The translations under genes were made by a program, and so were the position numbers. Source: Chrysomallon squamiferum (taxonomy: Eukaryota; Animalia; Mollusca). From it: a DNA stretch of 64,000 nt. The notes below the pieces were generated by a model. That model did not search any database and had not been told where the DNA came from. It saw only the letters and a list, made by a program, of their open reading frames with translations. Position 1 is the first letter of the stretch, and the number at the start of each line of letters is the position of its first letter. Shown in pieces: positions 1-12,400 of this stretch. The stretch lies in assembly GCA_012295275.1 (NCBI GenBank), contig CM022666.1:12214001-12278000 (forward strand). The letters run 5' to 3'.

Positions 1-1380
1 AAATTTAAAAACAAACAAACTTCAGTATGTTAATAAAATACAAAAGAAATAATAAATTCTGATATTAAAAAACGATTCTATCAAATGACACAATAAATTA
101 TTTGATTTACTGATTTTTTTATTATAAGAACAATAAGCAAAGTTGACAGGATAAAACAAATAAATAAGGAAACAATTAAAGAACCACTTTGAAATTTTAA
201 AACGATTGAAACTCGGCGTGTTTGGAGGTTCCATTTATCGGATAATTAGCGTACGTAAGCTTAGTGACTACATCTCACGTAAGGGACATAACTCTAATCT
301 ATGTTTGTGAACACATCTCACATAAGGGACATAAGTCTAATCGAAGTAATTTTTAATAGGCTTAGTTATTACATCTCACGTAAGGGACCTAACTCTAATC
401 TGTTTGTGAGCACATATCAGTTAAATGATATGTCTAATCTATTTGAATTCTTCTTTGCTTAGTATATATATAGACAGACACCCACATACACTCAGAGAGA
501 CACGCACACTCACATTCAGAGAGAAACCTCTGGTATTGAATGCATATACAGTTCTAAATGGAATAAAATTCAGAAACAAAATTCAATTCATTAGAAATTG
601 CCTGAAAATTTAAAAACAAACAAACTTCAGTATATTAATAAAATACAAAAAGAAATAATAAATTCTGATATTGAAAAACACGATTCTATGAAATAACGCA
701 ATAAATTTTTTTTTTTTTTTATTATATTTTTATTATGAGAACAATGAGCAAAGTAGAGAGGATAGAATAAAGAAATAACTAAACAAATAAAGAACCACGT
801 TGAAACTTTAATACGATCGAAACTCGGCGTTTTTGGAGGTTCCATTTCTCGAATAATTAGTATACGGAAGCTTAGTGACTCCATGTCACGTAAGAGACCT
901 AACTCTAATCTATGTTTGTGAACACATCTCGCTAAAGGGAGATAAATCTAATCGATGTAATTTGTTATTTGCTCATTGAGTACATCTCTCGTAAGGGACC
1001 TCAGTCTAATCTGTTTGTGAGCACCTATCACTAAAAGGAGATAAGTCTAATCGATGTGTTTTTTTCATTTCTTATTATATATAATAAAAAAGTATATATA
1101 TACACAGACAGACACACACACACACACACACTTACACAGAGAAAAACCTATGGTACTGAATGCATATACAATTGAATTGATTAAAAATTGCCAGAAAATT
1201 TATAGAATGCCAACAAATAAATTCAGAATATTAATCAAATACAAAAAGAAATAATAAATTCTGATATTGAAAAACCGATTGTATCAAATGACACAATAAA
1301 TTACATATCACTAAAGGGAGATAAGTCTAATCGATATAATTTTTACTTTGCTCAGTGAGTACATCTCATGTAAGGACCTG
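1..1380. repeat. Complex satellite, ~606-bp unit (about 2.3 copies visible, truncated at window start) with internal subrepeats
   Basis: TTCAG(T/A)AT(G/A)TTAAT(A/C)AAATACAAAA(A)GAAATAATAAATTCTGATATT recurs at ~21, ~626 and ~1222. An internal motif ACATCTCACGTAAGGGACNTAA(C/G)TCTAATC recurs several times per unit. Confidence 0.85.
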
Positions 1381-2226
1381 GGGTTAGGGTTAGGGTTAGG
1401 GTTAACTTAAGTATTAGTGTTATTTAAATTTTATTAAGAGTGTTATTATAATGTCGAATTTATATTTCATGGTAACGACTGGAAGTACCTTTAGCCTAAG
1501 AATTAATATTTAGTATTTGCTTAGGTTTATGTTTAGGATTATGGCTAGGGTTAGGTCAGGGTTAGCCTTAGAGCTAGGGTTATTTAAATTTTATTAAGAG
1601 TGTTATGATAATGTCCAAAATTATTTGAGGGTCACGATTTCAAATCCCGTTAGGGTCAGAATTAATTTTGTGTATCTGCGTTTTGGGTTTAGATTGAGTT
1701 TAGACCTTGAGTTACCGTTAGCTTTAGTGTTAGGGTTAGTGTTAGCTTAATTGTTAGGGTTATTAAAATTTTATTAACAGTGTTATTATAATGTCCAAGA
1801 TAATTTGAGGGCCACGACTGGATGGAAGTTTAGCGTAATAATTAATATTTTGAATTTGCCTAGGTTTAAGTTTAGAAGTTGAGTTAGGGTTAGCTTAAGA
1901 GTTAGGGTTATTTAAATTTCATTAACAGTTTTATGATAATGTCCAAAATAATCTAAGTGTCAACACTGGAAGTAGCGTTCAGATAAGAGTGAAGGTTGGG
2001 AATTTTCGTAGAATTAGTTTGAGAAGTTGAGTTAGTGTTAGGGCTAGGGTTAGGGGTAGGGTTAGGGTTAGGGGTAGGGTTAGGGTTAGGGTTAGGGTTA
2101 GGGTTAGGGTTAGGGTTAGGGTTAGGGTTAGGGTTAGGGTTAGGGTTAGGGTTAGGGTTAGCCTTAGAGCTAGGGTTATTTAAATTTTATTACGAGTGGT
2201 ATCCTAATGTTTGATATCATTTGACG
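1381..2226 (+). repeat. Interstitial telomeric sequence: TTAGGG runs embedded in a degenerate ~150-180-bp telomere-associated repeat
   Basis: (TTAGGG)3 at ~1381-1404. About 20 in-register hexamers at 2038-2161, of which 13 are perfect from 2080; variants are CTAGGG and GTAGGG. The spacer motif GTTATTTAAATTTTATTAA..GTGTTAT.ATAATGTC recurs at ~1420, 1580, 1760, 1908 and 2177. Confidence 0.92.
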
Positions 2227-2551
2227 GTCTCTCTCTCTCTCTCTCTCGAATTATTTGAAATCTAATAATTCACGTTATATATATAACGTGAATTATTTTA
2301 TTTTATTTACAAAACAATCTGTATGAATAGTCGTAAAATGTTAATACAAAGATAACATAATGGACATACACAATACATAATATTCATACAGACTAACAAA
2401 CAAAATTCAACAACATATATATTATAGTCATGCATATTTCTGATCTATGTCAACAGTTTCAAAATTAAAAGTGGAAGCATCTTTCTAAGAAAGAGAAAAT
2501 TTTTAAATCAGGAAGTTTCATGGAAATTTAAAAAAAAAAAAAAAAAATACT

Positions 2552-2812
2552 GAGCGATCCGCTCTTAATGCGATGGGTCTCAGAATGATTCATTTTGATG
2601 AAATTATTACCCTCTACTCCTGATCCTCCCAACAGCTTAATAAAGGCCATGGTATGTACTATCCTGTCTGTGCCTTGGTGTCTATAAAAGATATCTTGCT
2701 GTTAATCGAATAAACAAAAAAGCCCATGCTTTTACAGCAGCGTTGTCCGACTGCTCCTTAACCGTATGTCCTACGTGGTATTGCCGTACTTAAAATACGC
2801 TGAATAAAAATT
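2552..2812 (+). mobile_element. Degenerate SINE-like interspersed repeat
   Basis: The core AAAGGCCATGGTATGTACTATCCTGTCTGTG...ATAAAAGATATCTTGCTG...AGCCCATG...CCTTAACCGTATGTC resembles an abundant gastropod SINE (from memory, not searched). Weaker related traces lie at ~12700-12790 (+) and ~54590-54690 (-). Confidence 0.55.
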
Positions 2813-2852
2813 ATTATGCAAGACAACAGAGAATCAAAATATTGCAGAAATG

Positions 2853-2922
<70 letters not shown>

Positions 2923-3196
2923 TTATCAACGATAACTAATACAATTAACGTGTGAAAATCACAAGAAACGACCAGAGCATCAGGCCTACAACTTTTTAAA
3001 GAGGTACGCAACTTTTTAAATAATTGATATATATTGGCTAAACACACTTACACACAGAGACTGATAGAAAAAGTCATATCTATCTGAGTCTACACTTGAT
3101 AATATGCTATATCTTGAAATGCTATGGAGAAAGTCGAATCTTGGATATTTTAATTGTCTGTATTTTAAATCTGATGACAACTGTTACACAGTCACA

Positions 3197-3228
<32 letters not shown>

Positions 3229-3406
3229 TTGGATTATAACATCAAAGACCTATGAATTAAACGAATGACAGGATACGAAAATAAACGATTAACTCTGTTT
3301 TATTGCCTGAGATGGCGGGAGCACAAAATGTCATTCAGGAAATCTATATAAAAACACATTTTTTGAAACATATCTATCACTTTAGGTCAACATAAATATT
3401 CATGAA

Positions 3407-6400
3407 ATGGCGACAAGAAGTACTACTGATGTAAATTCGCCGTCTGCTTTACTGCAACGTCTCTGTTGCAAAGTGACCGGGTTATCGGACGGTAAGATGA
3501 CATGAATAAGCTTGAAAATTAAGAATCTTAATATGAGACGACCTGTTACCGATCATTGTTTATTCTTGATTTCCTACTAATTCAGATTTGTATCCCAGGC
3601 TATAAACATAAATATTTCTTCCCATAAACGTAACATCCTCCCGATCACACAGATTGGTGCAGTTAGTAGGTGTTGTTTCGAAAAAATCAAATACTCAACG
3701 CCAAGATTTACTGGCGAATTTGGAATTGCTGAGTTACACTGTAACAAACTATAGTCTATACTATAGTATATACTAATAATTATTTTAATGCAGTAGTACT
3801 GGTAGAACCTGGAAATTTTCCTGGCTTACCCATGTACTGAATATATAATTTACAATTTATCCTTTATATTGTCACTGAATGCAATATTATTGAATATATT
3901 AATATATTACATATAAGTTATATTATAACGGGATTTCATAACAGCTTGGGAACTTTGACGTGTGGATTCTTAGTGTTCAGGAATCATTTGGTGGCTCTTA
4001 AAAGAAGCGTTTGATGTATTTTATGTGTGTAAATGTATATATAAACATTGTTATAGTAAAAAAATTGCACTTAGCTTCATGATTTATTTTGATCACAGTA
4101 AAATAACAAATAAAATAAACATGGTAGAGATGAAAATTTCATTTAAAAAATAAAATAAAAAATAAAAATTGTCTTCACATTTATAAAACAATCCTTCAGT
4201 ACTTCAAATAAAATAATTTTTGTTTGTTTCCTTCAGAGGCAGTAGTGCCACATTATCAGTTTGCCTTGAGAACTCTTGGAAGGTAAGGCTTAGAATATAA
4301 CATATTTTTATGGATGTGTTTTTATTTAGTACATGTATATATTTGCAAAATACAATGAAATGGATTATTTCCTAACTTCAGAATATTTCATTTCCACTCA
4401 TACTGCTTAACATCTTAGACAACTTTTGAAATTTTTGATGAATTAAGGTAGCCAGTAATAAAATAAGAAAATGGAAAAAATAAAAAAATAAATAACAAAC
4501 AAATATTCCATCAAAATTATTTTGGTTATAAATATAAATAAAAAATACATTTTTGTTGTAGTCAGTTTGAATCTCGATTTGAAGGTGATGAATTCCAGGT
4601 ATCGCAGAAAATAAAATCTCAGTGTAAGTTTTTAGCTTTCACTTACTGAAATCTTACTGTTAGACTAACTTATTTACATCTGACATTTTTTATTTGCTCA
4701 CTAAAGCAGTCATAATTATAGTAGACATGTGTAATCAGTACTTCATTTATAATCTGTTCAGGTTCAACATTTTGCTTTCACCTTTAAATATATTTGTTGT
4801 TTTTGTTTTTACAAGTTTTTATTAAGGAATTGATGGCTTATCCTGCAATTAATGACATAAAAATCAAATTTAAAATGAAAATTGGTTTTGATTGGTCCAT
4901 CTATGTACTTTTGTTTTTAAAAATAGGAAAACTAACATTTTTAATTTCATAATTTTATGTATATACCATAAATGTGACATGTTTTATTATATATTTCCAT
5001 TTGTATTTTTAGTGAACATAGAATAATATATTACAACTATTTGTTAAGGAATATCACAGTACCAAATCAGTTCCTGTCTCACACAGACAGTTATAACTTT
5101 TTAAGTTTTATTTCTAACATGACTAAATTAAGATTATTTAAGAGATTTCATCTTAAACCCAAAATAATTTGTGTAAATAAAATATGAAAATATATACTTT
5201 AAAAAGTTTATGGAAGATTTGTTTTAAATGACATTATTGCATTTTTTTATCATTCAGTGGTTAGAAAAGGACGAGAAAAAGATGCAGCTTTGTTTTCTGA
5301 ATTACACAGAAGACTACAGGCCCAGGTTTGTAGACCAGATTTTTAAAACTGGGGAGTATGCAGTGAATGGTAGAAATTGTGAAGAATTAGTAAACATATT
5401 CAACAAACATCAGCCACAAAGATACATCAAGTTAATGTTATTTGTAATAGTAAATGTTTTCTTTCAGAGTGTTCTGAAGAACAGATGGCCGGTTTTACAT
5501 CTGTTGATGTGTCTTAGTGATTCACAGACAACACCAAACTCAGTGAGCTTATTTTCTCAACTTTGTCCATGATTTTCTTTCATTGTAGACAGTCATTTTT
5601 CTCAGAACTTTTTTCTAATTATAGTAATGTATCTATATGTCAATGTTTTTTTTTTTTCATGTTCATTAACTAGGCAGTAGTTCTGTAAAATGCAACTCAA
5701 AATGTGCCTTAACAGGGATGTATAAACACACTTTATTTAAAAATAAGAATTAATAGATTAGAAAATAAACGTTCTATTTTTTTCTTCCACAAATTATAAA
5801 TAAACAGAAATGAAAGACATAAACTGCAAATGTCTGCTGTCAAAATATCCAACTGTTTTTAAAAATTAAAATAAGAATGTTTATTATTTTTAGTTTTATG
5901 GTTTTAATTTTAGAGTTGCAGATGCACTGTAATGTTTGCATCAAATTGAAATTTTCTCTGTGTTTGTTTTAATTATTTATTTATTTATTTTTCAGTCTGC
6001 ATTTGGATCTACACTGTTTGGTCGTGGACTGCCAGCCTATGCTACATCAACTCCTTACCATCCACAGACGTTGCAGGAAACCTCAGACACGATGAAGGCC
6101 GTACTGCATATAAGTGACAGCAGCGGATTCAGCAGCATTCAGAGTGCACACACTGGTGACAGTCACCACGTTCATCAGTCGTTTGCTCCAAGGTTCATTT
6201 TTAGATTTGTTTCTTAAGAGTTAAATTGCCTTGATTCTTTATGACTTATTTTTGAATATTATTTGTAATTACTAATTGTGTTCTCTTGTTCTTTGCTTGG
6301 TAGTAACAGAAATTTTATAAATCTTAGAATACTAGATAAAGTTAATTTTGTTGGTGAAATATTGATTAAAAAATAATAGCCTTACTAGAGTGTTGTTCTG

Positions 6401-9400
6401 TTTGACATTTTTATTTTTCTGCTTACAAAAAGAAAGCAACAGAAGGAATTCTAGATTTCTATGAATCTGAAACAAATCAAATCATTAAATGACTTGTATT
6501 CATATATAATTCAGTGCAGTGTGCATATAGCTTTTAAATAAATTTGTTTTGTTAATTTAGATTTATCATGAAGAAAAACAACCAAACAAAAAAATCAAAA
6601 ACAAATAATAATCTGTTATAAAGATACAACTGTAAAACAAATTGTTTTTCAGTTATGCTCCTACCCCTGGGGCTGCACTGTCTGACAGGACTGGAAGAAC
6701 TCTGGGAACCAGACTTGCCCTTGGTCTTTCAAAATCAAAAGATAATGGTCAGTCAGTTCACTTCCTTTTTAAACCAGTAGGTGCATTAGCTGACTGTCTG
6801 GTTCATGTTCATACTTCATTATCTTGAAACTGAGCAAAGTGTTAGTCTGGACATAAAGATAGCTGCCCAGGGTTGGTTTAAAATATATCAGTGAATTGAG
6901 TGATTAAAAAAAATCTCTTACCATCATCTGTCAACTCTGCTGAAACAAGAATTATGCTCAAAAGCAGCGGTCATGAAGTATATTTTTTAAATTCAGAATT
7001 ATTAACCATGAAAAAAATAAGAAAATCTGAAAAAAACCATTGATCAATAGGCCATACAGATTTTTTATCACAATTCTCAGCTCTTAAAGAATTAATTTAG
7101 ATTTTTTAATTTTCAGACTTGTCTGTAGTCCAGCGAACACGAAACATTGTCTCAACTGCTCAGACAGTAGTTGCCACTCACAGAGGTGACAACAGTAAGT
7201 TAATTCACAAAAATCTATTTTCCTACTCAGAACCAAATGGTTATTTCCAAGAAACATACTGTCAGGAAAATTATCATTTATTTTGGCTGTAAATTCATAT
7301 GGAAAATTTAATTTAACTAACTGTTAAATCTAATTCTGGTAACATACTTTCTGTTACTATGTTCATTCATTCATTCATTCATTCACTCACTCTTTCTTAT
7401 ATGTACTTCATCTGTGTTGGTGATAAGAACATTATTGATGTTTGATATAGTTTTCTTTTTGTAAAGATATATATGGTTGTTAAGCAGATATTAATTAAAC
7501 TTATTTTTAAACACATTTTAATTTTGTTATTAATTACTTAATGCACGCACACACACACAGACACACACATATGTACACACACAGACAGATAAATACAGTT
7601 ATTAATATCTTTATGTGGACACACAACCATAAAATATACATTGCTAAGCAGCCTTAATAATATATTTTTGTTACTAATGAATTTTGCAGCATCATTTGAA
7701 ATACCAGAATCTAGTCTTCTCAAAGATCTGATGTATGCCTTCCAAGGTATTGAAGGTAAATGGGTGAAGTTTGACACCAGTCGAGAGGGATACAGAATTG
7801 ATCCACAGGTAAGTAAATCACAATTTATGTAACAGAAATCCTTAAACTTTTGTTCACAGTAATGTCTTGAATGTTTTTTAATTCTATTAACAAATACATG
7901 TTTGATTAAATTAAACATGATAGTTTTATCTGTTTTAAGACAAAATGTTGTAAACAATTATTACCATAAATATATATTTACTAGTTTTATTGTCACAAAA
8001 TTATTGGTATATAAAGTATGTATTTTCATAGTCAGAAACATAAAATAAAGGCCAAAAATTTAAATGTTGAAAATTCCTATCTTGTTTTATATAAATTTGT
8101 TTTGTTTGTTTGCCATTTAGAATAATAAAAAATAATAAACAAATAAAAATACATTAATGTATACTTATTTTTGATAATTGTTTGAGTATTATTATAATTC
8201 TTTTTATAAATTCAAGTAAATAAATATAAAGTTGTCATATCCTCTGTAAATAATTGTATGATTTTTATGAAGTGAATACAGTTTTAACTTGTTTTTCAGG
8301 CTGGTATTCCTAAAGCTGCGAGACAGCTGATAAGCAAACTGGCTGAGTGTGGCTGGCTGTACAATAAAATCAAACATTACGTAGAGACAAGAAGTTCTGA
8401 TAAAGCTTTTGGTCTTGTTGGGCAGGTAAATCATTTGATAGTAACATGTTGAGCCAGAAAAACAATCTTAACTTAGTCTCCTCAGCAATTTCATGCTTGT
8501 AATTTCAAATAACATTCTAGCATTTTTTTTTTTATTATTATTTTTTTTTTTTTTTTTTATTATTGTTTTAATTATTTTTTATTTTGACTGCTCTGGCTTA
8601 TTTTCAAGGTGTTGTTTTGTTTTACATCTTAACATTTTTTGGTGCTACATGTTCTGTTGATAATAATAGTTGTTATATTTTGTTTTTTTTAGAGTTTCTG
8701 TACAGCTCTTCATCAAGAATTAACAGAATACTACAGACTGATAGCTGTGTTAGAGGCCCAGGTAAGTTGTTGTCTAGACCAGAGAGAGAATGTGTGTGCA
8801 TGGTTCAAGAGTGTATGCATACATGGTTCTGTGTGTGTGTCATGCATGAAAGAAAGAGGGAAACAGAAATGAATGTGTGAGTGGTGAAAATAGATTTGTT
8901 TTAGAATATTTTAATTTGATTTTGAGTCAAAACACTTTGTATTTTTCAGCTACAACAGGAACAAGATCCAGGAATAGGAGAGTCGAGTGGTTTGACTCTG
9001 CGACGTCTGGCTGTGTGGACGTTTGATCCTCTCATTCGACTGAAAACTCTGGCAGCACTGGTTGATGTGTGTAAAGGTAGTTTGACACAGGGTGTAAACA
9101 CTGTAAATACCTGCAGTGTGATAATTCTGTTACATCACATTTTAAAATAAAATAACTATCTAATCAACAAATTTAAAAAAAAATTATGTTTAAATTAGAA
9201 AATAGTTTAATATGGGATTTCCTGAATACTTTATTTAGTTTAAAGAAAGGATATAATTTCAAAACTTGTTTGTAATTTTTAATGAAATTAGAAAAATAAC
9301 TGAATTACTTCTAAAATACACATAACAAACCCGTATAACTAATTTGGTTATAAACTAACTATTAAAAGAGATGATATGTATTAATAGGTAAAAAAGGTGG

Positions 9401-12400
9401 TGCTTTGGCATCTGGTATTTATTCCTGTATGCAGCATGGAGATCCCTTTGTGAGAGCAGTGATCAAGCTTAACCTGACCATGGTAAGTCCTTGTCATTAG
9501 TTTTTACTCCATTACTCAGCTAGACATTTAAAACTTGGTGTTTGTATCAGTCAGGTGCCACATCAGCTACAAATAACTTATTTACTATCTAATATGTATA
9601 CTTACTTTGGTGAAAAAGACTTAAGACATTTTAATTTCACAATACTCTCCGTAATCATTATTTTTTGAATCTATGTTCTGTATGGTGTTGTGCACATGGC
9701 TAAGAACCATGCTGATAAAGAAAAAGGAACTGCTGCTATAATACTATGATTTATTTTGATATATGAGCATTCACATAAACAGGAATAGATATACATGACA
9801 GTTTTACATATTTTGTTTGAGTCATTGACATTCAAAGATAGGTGTAATCTGATTTGATCTTTTGTGCTTACCTTACTGATGTGTAAGTAAAGTTGTAAAA
9901 AACTGAAACTGATGGAAGAGTTGAATGTGATTTTGTTTACAGGTTTGTCAGCCAATATATGCCACTCTGCTCAGATGGATTTATGATGGAGAGTTGGAGG
10001 ATACTTACCACGAGGTAGAAATAATTAATTCTTAACTTAATGACAGTCCATTTTACTGTTAAAGATTACTAGATTTCAACATGGAAATGTTTATTAGTAA
10101 TAATACAATGAGAAATTCACTACCTGTACTGTATGAACTACACTTACAAATTTGCAGCAAGGAATTGTTGATCATGGAAAATAAAGCACTTAACCATTCA
10201 GAGAAAGGGTTATGGTGGATAGTTTGCATTAGAAAACTATAAAATAGGAGTATTCATCCACTTATTAATTAATGTTCATATGTTGTCTAAATAATAATAG
10301 TGTCTTGAGAAAATGTTTTTAAAACCTAAGACAGCTTTTCATCATGTTTTCTGACATTGCTGACATTTTCCACACATTCTTGTATTAATTTAATTTATTT
10401 TTATTTTGTTATATATTAAAAATGTTAATAATGAAGATGATATGTTTTTAATTCCATGTCTAGTTCTTTGTGGCCTCTGACCCAACAATAAAAAATGATC
10501 GACTTTGGCATGACAAATACAGTTTGAGAAAATCAATGATACCCACATTCATTACAACTGAACAGGCTCAGAGGGTGAGTTAAACACTCAGTGTGCTCCA
10601 CAAATTGTCTTTATTTTTGTCAGTCATAAATTTATACTTTCCTTTTAGTATTTTTGCATGATTTTGGTGATGCTAAGAATAAATGCTGTCTGTTTTAAAT
10701 GAAACAGAACAAATCTAAGTGATGTTAATAGATTAAATATTAAAAACATTTAGATTATATTCAGCATCTTACAACAAACATTTGAAAGTTTTACCAGACT
10801 TAGGTAATAAAATTTAAGTTCAAGGTACTGAATCAAAATTTACTAGGAAGTAAGATATGCTAACAAGAGATGTATAAATTTATAGATTTCTGTGATATAT
10901 CAGTAAAGGAAGCAATGATGTTGGTGAATGATGAGATTTGTTTGTCCATTTAAATATTATTTAAATGTGTCTGAAAGTAAAACCTTGTATCAAAACAATA
11001 TTAAGCTGTATATTCATCTTGAATTTTAAACTGAAAAACATTTATAATGTATAAAATTATATAACCATAAGACAGTGTTTTTCTTGTTTTCCCTGATATT
11101 TACAAACCAATGTTAACATCCTTTCTCAAGTTTCTCTTTACTGAAATTAAAAATGTTAACCTTTTCTTTTTGCTGAGACATGCATCAAGTTGGTTTATTT
11201 GTAATTACATTAAGATGAAAAGAATATTTTATTTATCATGTGCTATTTTCAGATATTGTTAACAGGAAAGTCAATTAACTTCCTAAGACAAGTTTGTCAG
11301 GATCGAACCCCAACAAAGGGAAGAGAAGTGGCAATGACATTTGACATAAGTCAAGGTTTTTATTTGTTTTTATATTAAATAAAGAAGTGTAATGTAAAAG
11401 AGAACACAGATCATTCTTCAGACTTATTTCACTGGAAGCAAAACTAGTTTTAAAGCAGACTGTCTTTTTATCTTATTTCATGAGATTTTTTGTTAAAAAC
11501 AAATTAAAACTTTGGAAATTCTAAAATCATTTTTGTTTATTAAGAATTTATTAAGCATTTTTTTCTCTTCCAAACTTGTTTTTATGAAAATTGAAACAAA
11601 AAAACACAATAAATACAAATAATGATTTAACAGACCTTTTATTGTAATTACATTTAGAATGTTTACATAATTTAAAAACAAAATTGTTGATAAATAAATT
11701 GAAAGTATGTGTTTTTAATTCTCTGTAGCGGAAACGATGTTGACCCAGGACATGAACACAGAGTTTCAGAAGATGATTGATGTGGTGTACAAGGACACCA
11801 GTCAGCATCTGTTAGACGTCCTCCATAACAAATACATGTTCATGGACCACCTGAAGGTAAACAGTCACACATACTTTAACACATTTATACAGAGTTTTAC
11901 TAACAGATTATTTCTGTAGAATTCTAGACCCTTATTTGATGAAATTTGTATTACATATGTGTTTATGATTGTGTGTATGTTGTTTGTATGTGTATATATA
12001 TATATATAATGTTTAATACGAACCAAGAATTTGGTCAACCTCTGAAAGCTAAATATGGATTAAAAAGCTAAGGTTTATATTTTTTATACTAAAATTTATA
12101 ACTTTCCTTTGTTTTTTTCATAATTATAACAAAACTGCAGTGGTTTTATTAAGTTATGTGATGAAATTCTGGAATTCTGATACTGATATGTACCTGACTG
12201 AAAAAACAAAGAGAACATTTTTATTTATTATCATTTTTTTTTTTTTTTTTTTTTTGACAAATAAATATTTTCCTTACTAATTTGCATGGTTATAAGATTT
12301 GCCTATTAAAGTAATGTGCATATTTTAGGTATACAGACTGGTTTGGTTATGTCTCCAAGTATAATATTAATGTTAAGTTTGTCCATTGTTTAAAACTTTA

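Noticed and set aside
22-884. Paired similar ORFs at 22-234 and 627-884 (-)
   Set aside because: Their similarity comes from the 606-bp satellite. They contain indels and have no recognisable domain.
2038-2161. True chromosome end or telomerase RNA template
   Set aside because: The tract is short, internal and flanked by degenerate repeats on both sides. Its polarity is wrong for a left chromosome end.
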